DNA of 53,222 nucleotides, counting the filler, from Sphacelaria rigidula (Eukaryota), in assembly GCA_964200075.2 (NCBI GenBank). It is 4 parts of 4 records of this genome, joined end to end, with 100 filler letters (N's around TTAATTAATTAA, not from the genome) between each part and the next. Parts side by side here need not be neighbours in the genome. Positions count along the whole stretch, not along the records: positions 13,333 to 26,563 come from CAXNAA020003045.1; positions 26,664 to 39,893 come from CAXNAA020003046.1; 2 more parts are not named here. One strand, given 5' to 3'. Positions 24,779 to 36,761 of the stretch are shown piece by piece; position 1 is the first letter of the stretch; the number at the start of each line of letters is the position of its first letter. The position numbers and the translations under genes were made by a program. The notes under the pieces were generated by a model that was not told the origin of the DNA, did not search any database, and saw only the letters and a program-made list of their open reading frames with translations.

Positions 24779-26367
24779 CCCCTACGGCTCCCTCGCAATC
24801 TGCTCCCTCGTATTCTGCTCCCTCGCATTCTGCTTCCTTGTATCCTACTTCATTGTAACCTGCTTCTTTGTATCCTGCTTCCTTGTATCCTGCTTCCTTG
24901 TATCCTGCTTCCTTGTATCCTGCTTCCTTGTATCCTGCTTCCTTGTATCCTGCTTTCTTGTATCCTGCTTTCTTGTATCCTACTTTCTTGTATTCTGCTT
25001 TCTTGTATCCTGCTCCCTCGCAGTTGTGATCATCTTCGTGCCGGTGCCTCAGGCAGAAGTTTTTGCGGCAGCTTCTGCAAGAAATCTGCAATACGCAAGC
25101 GTGGGCGTTTGCTCCGTGCATTTTCACGGTGGAACATGCCATAGGGCCTACAGGTCGTACACGTGTAGCGCATGCACACTCAGCTTCATCGAGGTCTATG
25201 CGACATGTGACATTTTCACTGCCAACACTATATTCGTGAGATTCAGAGTGTAACATCGGATTCAGAGTGAGACCCGAAATACTTGACTTTCCCGTCGGTT
25301 TTGACATCGCCACACTTCGAGGAGTAATGCGCCCAGCTGGTGAAGCGATGGCTTCAATGAAAGCTGTCACCTACACGATCAATTTGACACATCACTTGAT
25401 CGCAACGACGTAGTCAGTCCATTGCAACAAAAGATCCCCTCTTTCAGGAAAAACCGATTAGTGCCTGAAACAGTTTTAATTCCGAAATGCCCACCCCCCA
25501 GGCGTAAAAGTGCTTTGTGCCGTATCTCACCAACCAGACCGCCAAATTCCTCGAATGGGGTGCTGGACGGTAGCTGCATGCACAGGACGTGTGCTCAATA
25601 AAATAAAAAGTTGTCTGAATGGAACGCTAGAGCATCCACTCTGAACCCGATATTGCGCTCTGGATCTCACGAATATGGTGTTTGCTATACATCCTACTCG
25701 AAAAAAGGAAAACGCCGTGGGAGGCGCGCATTTGCCGCAAAAGGGCGGAGGAGCCGCGGGACATCTCGACTCAGGTACACACCCACCACCACACTCAGCA
25801 CCAGAACACACGATATGTTCTGCGGAATAGAACCACACCGCCGCCCACCTTCACGAATTCCCACCCTCGGCACCTCGGTAAGGAGCACTTTTGTTTGATC
25901 GACCGGACTTGACGAACCCCCGCCACGCATCCACTGGCAACATGAAGCCTCAAGATCACATCTCGTGGCACCCCCGACGGCGATTTGAGCATCTTGCCGC
26001 ACAGGGAGCACTCCGGGACGCGTTCCTGTTCGACACGAAAAAAAAGTTGGTCGAAATAACTGCAATAAGAGGTTTTCTGCAGCTTCCGCCGCCGCGCTCG
26101 TTTAATAGCAAGACACGTGATGAGTAGATGAAATTGCTCCAGAACACGTATGGCATGTTTGTTCATGCCAGTGTGCTAAGGTGTCTGTTGTCTTGCGATG
26201 TGCGAGCGAGTGTGTGGCGCGAGAGGAAAGAGAGAGCCCCCGTTACGTTGGCGGATGACATGTCCGGACAGAAATACCCGTCGCCTATGTGCCAGTACCC
26301 ATCGCGCAGGCTCGTTGTGTGCATGACGTACGGCCCCGGCATGTAGGCGAAGTAGTTCAAAGTTGTA
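24779..26367 (-). CDS. AN1-type zinc finger protein, ZFAND2/AIRAP-like (exons 26367-26247, 26025-25849, 25085-24779; probable further exons starting at 24478 and near 23680; start not defined)
   Basis: The spliced product ERVPECSLCGKMLKSPSGVPRDVILRLHVASGC...KQKCSLPRCRGWEFVK|ISCRSCRKNFCLRHRHEDDHNC follows the ZFAND2 layout (VPxCxLC...H...C, then AN1 finger CxxxxC...CxxCxxxFCxxHRxxxxHxC). Splice sites are canonical with matching phases. Confidence 0.82.
24790..25020 (-). repeat. 15-bp coding minisatellite (TATCCTGCTTCCTTG on +) encoding about 15 (GYKEA/GYKKA/ECEGA) pentapeptides
   Basis: Tandem repeat read directly in the sequence, in frame with the AN1 finger exon. Confidence 0.93.
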
Positions 26368-26563
26368 CTGTAGTCGTTCAATGTCAACACGAACGTTCAC
26401 CATCAGAAGTCCACCTGCCCCACGTTCGAGTATGCAATCACTCATTATCGGAAAGTGTATATTATAGACTGAATGAGCATGCTACGACAGGGGGGGGGGG
26501 GGGGGGGGCGTCATTATCATCCATGCTACAGTCATTACCCCATTGGCCTTCCCGCCCTACAAA

Positions 26564-26663
26564 NNNNNNNNNNNNNNNNNNNNNNNNNNNNNNNNNNNNN
26601 NNNNNNNTTAATTAATTAANNNNNNNNNNNNNNNNNNNNNNNNNNNNNNNNNNNNNNNNNNNN
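26564..26663. other. Artificial contig-joining spacer
   Basis: 100 nt of N with a central TTAATTAATTAA. Confidence 0.98.
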
Positions 26664-26908
26664 TCATTTGTTGCTTGCCTTAGTCGTGTGACCATTGACC
26701 ACGCATCCCTTTCAAGCGGAGCCACTAGGGGGGGAGGGGGTACAAGCACGCACCTTCACGCCGGTCGTTCACTCCAACAACCTTGGAGACCACTGCCGAA
26801 TACCCCTCCGAAGAAGAGACAGAGCTCCAGCCGGACATTTCCGAGTAGGAGGACGAAAAAAGACCCAACACAGCAACCATCCCGACCACGACTGCAGCTG
26901 TACGCAAA

Positions 26909-29351
26909 TTGGCAAGCTACAACACAAAGGAAACTCCAGCCATCCTACCGCGACGTACACGTGGAGGAGGGCTAACCGCGATGCTCAGTTCCGCGATGAA
27001 AGCTCAGACCGCCGACGTGGAGACTAGGAAGGTGGAGGATGCTATGGCCAAAGAAGCAGCAGCCATCGTAACACTACAAAGCGAGCTACCAGAGGAACCA
27101 ACAACACCGAGGCAGGCACAACCATCCCCAGAATGGACTCAGTGGCGAGGAGCCTTGCAACGCGAGATGGAGGGACAACTCTCTCGCGGGGTTTGGGGAA
27201 CGGTAGACCGCCCCAAAGGCAAAACGGTTCTTGGCACGAGACTCGTCTTCGAGAAGAAGATCAACAAGGACGGGCAGATCGAGAAATGCAAGTGCCGATT
27301 TGTCGCTCGAGGGTTTCGCCAGATATCCGGTATTAACTACCAGGAGTCCTCCTCTCCCACACCGGCGCAGTCCAGCATCCGGATGGCACTTGCGCTCATG
27401 GCGACACAGAACTGGGAAGGACGCCAACCAAATGTAAAGATGACCTACCTCGAGGCGGACGTCGAGGGAGAGATCTACATTGAACTACCCGACGAATACC
27501 GTCAGTCCAAGAAACAAGTGGGACGACTCAACAAGGCCATGTACGGCCTGGTGCACGCAGGGCTACTGTGGTCGAACAAGTTTGGCCAACAAGTGCTTCG
27601 ACAAGGGTTTCGAGAGATCGCAAGCCGACCCCTGCGTCCACCACAAGAAGCGAGAAGGCTGCGTGACAGTCATCATAGTCGTCTATGTGGATGATCTTCT
27701 CCTGGTCAGCGCCACGAAGAAGGACGAAGATAAGGCACTCGTAGATCTGCAACCGGGTTTCCCCAACAAGGCCCTGGGGGAAATCTCATACGACCTCGGG
27801 TACCACGTCTCCAGGGACCTCAAGGTTGAAACGGTGACTCTTGACCAACGCCAGCACGCGAAGAAAGTGATCGAGCGCTTCAAGGTCGTCAAAACGAGCA
27901 AGATGCCAGTCGCGACTGGAGCAGCTGCGCTCTCGAAGACAGACGGACCAGAAAACAAAGACGAAGCGAACGAGATGCGGGGTATCCCCTACCGAGAGGC
28001 GGTGGGAGCACTGATGTGGATTGCCACCATCACAAAGCCCTATCTATCCTTCGCAGCACACAACGTCGCCAACTTCAGCGACAGCCCGGGACTGGCACAC
28101 TGGAAAGCAGGTAGGTTACGCAGTACCTAAAGTGCACCGCGGACTGCGGGATCGTGTACGGAGGAACGTCCAGGAACGACACCAAGCTTTCCGCGTGGGC
28201 CGACGCGGACCGCGCGACCTGCCCGTATACCCGGCGTCCGGTGTCAGAAGCAGCGTTCATGCTGGCCGGAGGCGCCATCAGCTGGTTCTCCCGGGCACAG
28301 AAGCTCACCGCTTCGGCTAGAACAGAGTCGGAGTACATCGCGCTCGCAGAAGCAACCAACGGGCTGAGCTTCCTCAGACAGGTAAAATACTTCATGGCAC
28401 CGCCCGCTGACACCGGGATCCCTCTTCACGAAGACAATCAGGATGCCTTCAAAATGGCAAACAACCGGTTCAGTAGCCGACGGACAAGGCACATCGACGT
28501 CAAACACCACGTCGTGAGGGACGCTGTAGTGCGTGAGAGGACCGCGTGCTTAGAGGACTGCATCGGAATTTGAACATTCCTATGTTAGGGTTAGGGATAG
28601 GGTTGGTGTTAAGGTTATGGTCAGGGGCGTGGTACCTCCAGGGACTGACCCGATTGGTGTTGGAAAACGTCGATCCTGAGGTGTTTTGAACTACGGCGCG
28701 GTCCTCTAAGCACGCGGTCCTCTCACGCATTACAGACGCCGTCGACAGCGGTATCATCCATGTGGAATATGTAAACTCAGGAGAGCAACACGGGGACATC
28801 CTCACCAAAGCGTTGAACGCGAAGGCCTTGAGGGACATGCTCGTCTTCTGATGAATGGTTTTTAGGATTCCGAAACTCCAGAGAGCATGCACTGTAGCAT
28901 GTGAGAATTATTGAGCAGGCGGGGGTGTTAAGGGATACGTATTATACCATGTACTCTGCCAATTAGGTAGATTCAGCGGTAGGCACGATTTGTGAGGAAC
29001 GTTCCAGGACCAAGAGGTTTCGAGAAAAAGAGACTTCGAGAATAGCGGGTGATTTCCCTTGCGAGCGGGTGGTTAGCACGGGTGATTTCCTCAGCGAGCG
29101 GGTGATTAGCACGGGTGATTTCCCCAGCGGGTTTCTAGACGTCGAGCGATGGGAAGAGCGAGGCAGGGAAACCAGCCCCTCCCTTTTTGCTCACTTCCTT
29201 CCGACTTCCTTCTGACAGCTAACTTACTGCTGTCCACGTCTACTCCTCGGTAGAGCATAGAACGCCGAGTATATCTCCTTTCGTAAGTGAGGTATCGAGA
29301 GTGACTGGGGACCATCACGGTTCTTTGACAATAGTAAGACCTTTCCAATCA
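26909..29351 (+). mobile_element. Decayed Ty1/Copia LTR retrotransposon, 3' half (RT, RNase H, PPT, 3' LTR about 28926-29351)
   Basis: RT motifs KCRFVARGFRQ, EIYIELP, RLNKAMYGL, FERSQADPCV and VVYVDDLL. RNase H motifs WADAD, ISWFSRAQ, TESEYIAL, EDNQ, RTRHIDVKHH and DILTKAL. Frameshifts near 27590 and 28110. Purine tract GAGCAGGCGGGGG is followed by TGTTAAGGG. The LTR end is tentative. Confidence 0.93.
28525..28734. mobile_element. 210-bp MITE with TGT..ACA ends, ~35-bp TIRs and telomere-like core, copy 1 (inside Copia RNase H)
   Basis: TIR TGTA(G/A)TGCGTGAGAGGACCGCGTGCTTAGAGGAC and 5-bp TSD GACGC (28520-24, 28735-39). Removing it restores VVRDAVDSGIIHVEYV. The core contains GTTAGGGTTAGGGATAGGG. 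Confidence 0.92.
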
Positions 29352-29665
29352 TCTCCATCGTCGAGACACGCTCGATTGCTGTCTGGGCTATAAATCGCTC
29401 CAGCTTCTGAAACTGGGGAGCCGTGTTCACATCCGTGGACTTCATCGAGTTAGATTACTTCAAGGTGCACTAGGCCGAGGCGTCCCGCTGGAGTAGAGCG
29501 GATGTCATGTGCGCTCGCGGTTTGCTGTAAGCCAGCGCAGGTTATCATTCGCAATGATGAAGAACGAGGGAAATCGGATTTGTCTGCAGAAATCGACACT
29601 GTGACGGGTTGACTGAACGGGGGCGGCGCCACGGGGTGATAGTATGCATAATTTCGACGATCCAT

Positions 29666-29921
29666 GAGTCTTTCTACCAGAACACTTCCCAAAACAACAA
29701 TCAGCCCAAAACTGTCACGAAGAAAAAACCATACAGCGCCTGATATTTGGTCTAAGGCTGTATGAAGCGCCTCACGTGGGCTACAATCGCAAGCACGAGT
29801 CCCAGCGTGCAAATTCTCACCTGCTCGCTGTGCTCGGTGTTTTCCATTTCGATTTACGTGTAAATGTTGCCTTCGCAAGCCAGCATTTCTTCCGGAGGCG
29901 AGGGTTGTCGCAGAAAGTGGC
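29666..29921. mobile_element. ~250-bp MITE family B, copy
   Basis: Interior is homologous to 37166-37414 (TACAGCGCCTGAT...GCGC(C/T)TCA...GTGCTCGG...TTTCCATTTCGATTTACGTG), with decayed CTTTCT..AGAAAG terminal repeats. Confidence 0.6.
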
Positions 29922-30219
29922 CCATGGATAAAAACTTGACCGTGAGATCGGTTTGGAGGGTTTGTCTTGACAACTTGATCATGAGTTCCGCAAAGGAGGA
30001 TCTCGTTTGAGGTCGGTCAGCCCAGGGTCGCTGAAAGTGATCAGGTCGCGATCATTCACGCTGAATTCAGCCTAAGGTGATATACCACCGCCACACGCTG
30101 GATTTAGCCGGTCGCGGTGAAACGCCTTGGAGCCCCGACCGAGGTAGCCTAGTTTCCCACACCTCAGATATACAGCTGTGGTTTGGAGGACTGTGTGCAA
30201 TCAGGTGTTACTGTAAAAG

Positions 30220-30662
30220 AACACGTGATCTTACAAATTGGGGATGGATCTTTTTTCAGGGATGAGAAACCCAGAGAATGAAAACCTTCGTATCCACACC
30301 GAATCTTCGAAATATGGTTTCATTTCTTCATCTACTGATAGCTATTGACAGCTGCTACACGCCATAAAAATTTGGATTTCGATCACCGGAATGTTGGGTT
30401 CCTAGGTGAAAAAGAAATTCGGAACCATTTTGGCGTCCGTTGGGACACCCGGAATTCCCCCAAATTGTTTTTTCACCTAGGACCCCAACATTTCGGTGAT
30501 CGAAATCCAAGTTTCTGTGGCGTGTAGCAGTTGTCAATAGCTATCAGTATGTGAAGAAATGAAACCATGTTTCGAAGATTTGGTGCGGATACAAAGATTT
30601 TAATTCTCCGAGTTTCTCGTCCCCAATAAAAGATCCATCCCCAATTTGTAAGATCCCGTGTT
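30220..30662. mobile_element. Foldback MITE with ~200-bp inverted arms and AAAG 4-bp TSD
   Basis: AACACGTGATCTTACAAATTGGGGATGGATC... mirrors ...GATCCATCCCCAATTTGTAAGATCCCGTGTT across about 200 bp. AAAG is present at 30216-19 and 30663-66. Confidence 0.85.
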
Positions 30663-31016
30663 AAAGGCCGGAAAACAGGGCGGTTGCACCATGGTGGGAA
30701 GAGCAGTGGCGGGGATTGAAAACACCTGCTGTCACTGGAGCTCCTTCGCAGTGCCGTGGGAGAGGTGTGGGATATACCCATCGCTGAATACGCTGGGCAG
30801 GATCGAGTTCTTTTTTATCGGAGCTCGTCACTAATGCTGTCGACTGTTACCGATGACGCGAGAGCGTCGGCCTCGATAGGCCATGGCGGTGAAGCATCTA
30901 TTGCCATAAATCCATGAGTATTCGAATTTGGATTAAAGGTATGAGGGATTAGATCGATCCGCTGGTAGCGATCAACGACCTCCTGTTCGCCGCGGGGGAG
31001 GTGACATCATATCTGT

Positions 31017-31051
<35 letters not shown>

Positions 31052-31083
31052 TGTTGTTGTTGTTGTTGTTGCTGCTGCTGCTG
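31017..31083 (+). repeat. Compound microsatellite (GTC)n(GTT)n(GCT)n
   Basis: Read directly in the sequence. Confidence 0.95.
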
Positions 31084-33523
31084 TGGCCATCACAACTATT
31101 TTGATGTTGATCTCTGTTGCAGCATTACTCCGCGGTTTTCGACGAGGGAAACAGCAGTCGCGCAATGGTTTTGGTCAAGTACTCTACACCGCTGAAGGGC
31201 CGTTATTATCGACAAATAAACAAAATGGGAGAAGGTCTAAAATTTCGGCAATCACCAAGGCTCGTAATTATCTAGATCCACTGGTACTGTTGAATATCTC
31301 ATTACAGATGATGCTGATCTCGTCGTTTGCTGGGGTTGTTCTATCTGCCCGTGTATGGCGTTCATAACTGCGGTAAACATCTTTCTCACAACCTCTCTGT
31401 GACACGGGGGGGCAGTCGGACAGGCCAGGGCGTGATCGACCGACTCTCTCGGGATGCTGCAGCAGCACACACACGTAAAAAATCCGACTGTAGAAAGCCC
31501 CGTGCATAGATTGCAGCATGCTTGCTTTCTGTGAGTTGTATGCGCCGATACACCCCATGTAATCACCAGCTATACACTTTTCCGATGGTGCGGTAGCATA
31601 TACTCGTAGCAGCACTGTAGGCAAGTGGGGAGCTACGGGATTGTTTCTGGTCTTCACTTCGAAACTGCGCATGTCTACCACCGTGGTTGACCCCAACAGC
31701 TCCAACACCGCTGCCGGGGCACACCGCGTCTGAGGAGATAGATACCGCCAACCCGCGGTACTTTTTTCTCTACGGCACAGCCCAAAGTGTCACTGGCAAG
31801 GTTCCTGGTGATTCTCGCATGCTTGCGAGCGCCACGGCGTGCGCCCAGTGCAGCTTTGCCGAGTATTGGACTGCGGTCCGAAACATTCGGCGTTCGCCTT
31901 ACATGAAGGGTTGGCGAAAAAATATAGCCGCTTCATTTTCGGAGAACGCCAAGCGCCAAGTGCAAAAACCCCAAACTTTTGGCGATCTTCGAAAACACTG
32001 TGTCGATAATAAAGGCCCTGGTTGTTTTGGAGGTTAGGGGGGGTGAAACCAAAGACACCGATGCGAACATAGACGTAGTCACACATCGCGTGGCCTTGGC
32101 CAATGCTAGTGATATAATTCTCAGAAATCACAGACCCGGTGACAGGCTGAAGGACCCACGAAGCTCCACGCGAGTTTTTGCGTCCGCGAGAGCAGGAGGT
32201 TTTGGTGGAGGAAAGATTTGTCGGTCGTGAAGGCAGACGCAGTCGTGTAAGGTTACCGCGAAATAGAAATATTTGTTGGTAGTGGATGCTTTGGAGGCGC
32301 TATGGGTGGCAGATCGGTAGCCCTCCGACGCAAATGTCGAGCGAAAGCGGTGTGACAAGGGACAGAAGCCAAAGCCGACATTGCTACCGGATAGCTTGGA
32401 TGCCTAGTGCTGGTGACTGCTGGATGCAACGAGGCCGGTTGGACGAGGTCAGCCCATAGGGACAGACGAGCATTCACATCCATTGTGTCGACGCGATCGA
32501 GGGGGTTCTGCGTCACGGTGCCGCACTTTCCTAGTCGTCAGAGTTATTCTTTAAGGACTACCTTAGCGGCCGGGGTGACATCGATGTGTTTTCAGACAAC
32601 GCGTGCAGCCGCGGAGTATGACGTCACGACCCTTCGACCGGCCGCGCGCCACAACATATGGGCAACGTGCTTGTCTTAGAATAGACGGCGAGCGCGGTCT
32701 CCTGCTTATTGTTGCTTCTGTGCGAACTGACGATGTGGGCGGTCCGCGTGGGCTACGTAACCTGCGACCTATATGCCCGGTTTGCGTATTTGATGAACTC
32801 CCTCGGCATGACATTCAGAGAGACGAACTCTGTGCCACCCTTGCTGGGGCGGTTGTCCGTACGGTGCGGCGCTGGAGAGTATGTGTTCAAGATGCCGGAC
32901 GTCGAGGGTGCGGTGACGGTGAACGAAAAATGGCCTGCGATAGATGGGCAGCAAGTGGCGTTAGTAGCCGTTACCGCGGTGGTAGCAACCTCAGCATCGA
33001 CACGAGGGGGCGCCACGAGGGGCAATAGTCTCATCACACCCCGCAACGACGCAAGGGTTGAATTTAATACAGGGAGCCATAATCGTACCCCTCCCCTCCA
33101 TTGGTATCGTAGTCGGCTACCGAAGCCAACATTACCGTAGGAATCACCATACCGCAGGTTGCAGCGGTGTTCAGATCGGTGCCAACAGCGGCAGGGGTAG
33201 TACCTGCGGTGAGAGCAGCTTCGGTCGCCGACGTGTGCACCACACTCAAGGCGATGATTTAGGAGTCGCAGCCACAGAAGAAGAGTTTTTTGGCCTAACG
33301 AGTCACATTTGCGGCACGAGGAGCGGTTCAAGTAGAAGGGCAACAACTATAGGATGATGATATGCTCGTAATTGGAGATTTGTCACGAATCATCCGCCGT
33401 AGCGAGGGTCGGACACCCTGGGGCGGATCTAATTTTGTTCGCACTGTTTCGTCCATGTAGTTTGGCAGAGCCCAACGCGTAACACTAGGGATGGGGGGGG
33501 AGTAAAAGGTACTTACTGCTGTA

Positions 33524-33765
33524 GGCACTTTCTACAATAGCCCCCCCCAAACACATGGCTGCTTTGGAGAGACAACATCTGCACGAAAATCAAAATGAAA
33601 GAGCCGAGCACAACGAACAGCTGAGAATCCCAATCTTCGGTTCGGTTTCGCCAATGTCGTCCATGTGAGGCGCTTCATGCGGCCTGAAACCAAACATCAG
33701 GCGCTGTGTGACTATCTTATTCTTGACCGTTGAAGGCTGGTTTTGGGAGAGGGCTATCGTAAAAC
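33524..33765. mobile_element. ~250-bp MITE family B, copy
   Basis: Starts GGCACTTTCTACAATAGCCCCCCCCAAAAC and ends GGTTTTGGGAGAGGGCTATCGTAAA. The interior GCCGAGCACAACGA.CAGCT...GCCAATGTCG...GAGGCGCTTCATGC is shared with about 120-280, 34939-35207 and (reversed) 37166-37414. Confidence 0.75.
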
Positions 33766-34249
33766 GATTGGGTAGTGAAGTGAAGATGATTTCGTTTCTC
33801 GAGCATGCAGACAAGGTGGATCTCGCGCCACCCCGTAAAAGTCCAATCAGTTAATAATAGCAAATGTACAAGACGTCGACAATAGTGTACGCCGGGTCAT
33901 CACACCGGCCGTATCGAAGTTAGGCGGACACAGATCCGATCGCTACAACATGGCAAAAGCATTTTGCTGTGCCCACCATGGAGTATGTGTAAGTGGGCAT
34001 TTAGCGCGAGCAGAGGGTTTATTCATTTTCTTACATGCCGTAGAGATAAGACCATTGACCTCGCATCCCTACAAAGTCGGGGCGGAGCACGCCGTTTTTT
34101 CGACGAACAAGGCTCGAAATCACCAAGCGCGAAGCACCGTGAAATGTTCGGCGAGTCGCATGAAGGGTGGCTTGTATCCTGTCAGAATGAATCGGCTCGA
34201 ATAGTACCAATTATCGTGCATATGGACGACAGTGAAATGCGCGTTAGAA

Positions 34250-35700
34250 CCACGTGCCTTTTGAACCGCGCCGGAATTGAAACCCCCCAGGATCGACGTG
34301 TCGGGAGGACCGCACCGGCCTCACGAAAGCAGGGACCCCGCCCTGAGCGAACCCGAGCAGCACATTTGTCGAGCCAGCGGTAGCAAAGCCAGGCGAGGTG
34401 ACTGGAGTGACACAACGACGACGCAGTATGCCTCAAAAGAAGGGGAACGAGGATTCCATGAGTATCAAAGTCAAGCACCCGTAACTCCCGTGGGAATTAG
34501 TCTCCCACGTGGATTGTGATGGAAAAGAGCTGACACCCTGCGTAATTTTTGGAGGTCCGGCGCCAACCATGTGGTCATGACCACATCGACAAACCGGTGC
34601 TTGGTACCTGACGTTATCAGATATCGAAACGATCCTCCTATTCCATGCTTACAGGTGCCAGATACCGAGACGACCCACCTCCACGGTACCTGCAGGTACT
34701 GAAATATGGTTCGCATGCGATCCACTTTGCCATTTAAGGCAGGTTCAAGGTAAACACACAAGTCAAGACCACGAACCTTGTTTTTCTCCTCCGCGGACAT
34801 GCCATCGCAGGCACTTCCTACGATTCCCAGGCCCCGCCCCCCCCCCCCAGCCCCCCCGCAACAAGAAGCAGAGGACCACNNNNNNNNNNAGTCTAGCCCA
34901 CGAACCTTGTTTTTCTCCCCCGCGGACATGCCATCGCAGGCACTTCCTACGATTCCCCCCCCCCACCCCCCCCCGAAAAAGAAGAAGAAGAAGCTGGGTT
35001 GGATGGACAAAATCTACGCATAAATTGAAATGAAAAAGACCAAGCACAACGAGCAGCTAGGAGTTCCCACGCTTGGGTTCGTTGCCGCCAATGTCGTTAA
35101 TATGAGGCGCTTCATGCAGCCTGAAAGCAAACATCAGCCGCTGCATGACCATTTGCTTGGTGCCAGTTTTGGGTTGGTTTTTAGAAGGGCTATCTTAGAA
35201 AGACTCCGCTGTGGCTTGGTCTTCGCTTGGGTGTTTACCTTGAAGATAACTCCAATGACAAAGTGGACCGCATGCATAACATGTTTTAGTACCTGCAAGT
35301 ACCGAGCAAATGGGTCGTCTCGGTATTTGGTGCTACAAGTACCGAGCAGAAGAGTCGTCTCGGCATCTGTTATTCTGAAGTACGGAGCATCACTTCGTCG
35401 ATGCCGTCATGACCACATGGTTGGCGCCGACACGTCCGTAAAATACGTTGATGTCAACTCTTCCCCTTGATGCCTGAATTTGATAGTTTTGAAATCCTCG
35501 CCCCCCTCCCTTCGAGGCACACTGCGTCGTCGTCGTGTCGCTCCAGTCACCTCGCCTGGCTTTGCTACCCCTGGCTCGACAAATGCATGACCCAGCTTTG
35601 CTTAGGGCGCGGTCCCTGCGTTCGTGAGGTCCGTGCGGTCCTCCCGACACGTCGACCCTGGGGTGTTTCAACTCTGATGCAATTCAAAAGGCACGCGCTT
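34250..35700. repeat. Large diverged inverted repeat (arms about 34250-34772 and 35213-35700) with a family-B MITE (about 34939-35207) in the centre
   Basis: Collinear reverse-complement blocks: CGACGTGTCGGGAGGACCGCAC, GTAGCAAAGCCAGGCGAGGTGACTGGAG, CCATGTGGTCATGAC, ATACCGAGACGACCCA and TTCAAGGTAAACAC. Confidence 0.82.
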
Positions 35701-36761
35701 TTACCACACTTCACAGCAGCCTCTAATTAATTGCTTCATTTTCTGGTATCTCCACTTCCAGAAATAGTTGAGTATTACTCTCATGGGTGTATCACCATCG
35801 CGCGGGGGGCAGAGACTCGAACTATAAGGGGATGTCCGATAAGAGCAAAATATGGGAGGAACGCAAAGGTAGATGCCACTAATACAGCACTTGCGGCGTC
35901 CGAATCGAGAGCACACGCAAACAACTACGGTGGGATGCACAAAGCTTGTTAAGCTGGGAAAACGTAGGACATAACGGCATTAAGACCATATATATATCGA
36001 TTGGGCTACGAAGTGCGGACATAAAGTCTGCGGGTTGATGAGGATTGGTTTTGGGAAAGACTATCCATGCAATACTCAGAATCGCAGGGCAGGTACGACA
36101 TTTCGTGTGATGCTTATGCGGAGTAACCGCTGTCGGTTAAGAGCTCAAATATGGGAATCGTCTACCTCAGTATAGAATAGCGTAGACCGAGTTACGGTCC
36201 ATAATCTTTGAGAAGAGGAGGATTCGACTTCTCGAGAAGAAGATCATAGGAGAACTCACAAGACATTATTATGCACTCCATTACCAACGACTACGACTTT
36301 GTGCAAAATATCAACTTCCGCGACCGCAGCGACGGGTTGGAGGAGACCAAGTCCACAATGCGGAAAACTTTCGTCGACAACCTTTCTCGCAGTCCATTGC
36401 GGGCCGCGCCATGCAGGCGACTCACGGCGACTTCCAAGGCATCCAGTGCTGCAACTGCGACAAATACGGGTACCATGGCAGCGCATGCTCTAAACCTTTG
36501 TAGCAGATACCGCAGGAGCACCAACAATAGCATAAGCAGCAGAAGAATTACCGTAAGGAAGGAGGAGACGGGAAAAACCAAGTGGTGCTCTCTTCACAAG
36601 ACAATGATTTACAGTGACGAGCAGTACCTCAAGCAGAAGGCCACGAAGAAAAAACGAGCCAGAAGCATCAACTTCGCCAACATCGGCAGCGCGCGAATTG
36701 TCCAGGCAGTAGAGTCCAGACAGCCAACGTTTGGGTTCTCGTTTATATATGTTGGGACTAC

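Noticed and set aside
24536-25144. Plus-strand ORF with (ILLPC)n repeats
   Set aside because: Antisense reading of the 15-bp minisatellite.
31001-31195. Poly-Arg/poly-Cys ORF
   Set aside because: Translation of a compound microsatellite.
31700-33350. Cluster of 80-200-aa ORFs, possibly a decayed retroelement or gene
   Set aside because: No domain motif or consistent splice chain could be read; left unannotated.
34270-34330. tRNA-like GGTTTCAATTCC motif on the minus strand
   Set aside because: No cloverleaf could be built; it lies within a foldback arm.
34769-34960. ~60-bp direct duplication on either side of a 10-N gap
   Set aside because: Most likely an unmerged contig overlap at a poly-C tract, not a biological repeat.
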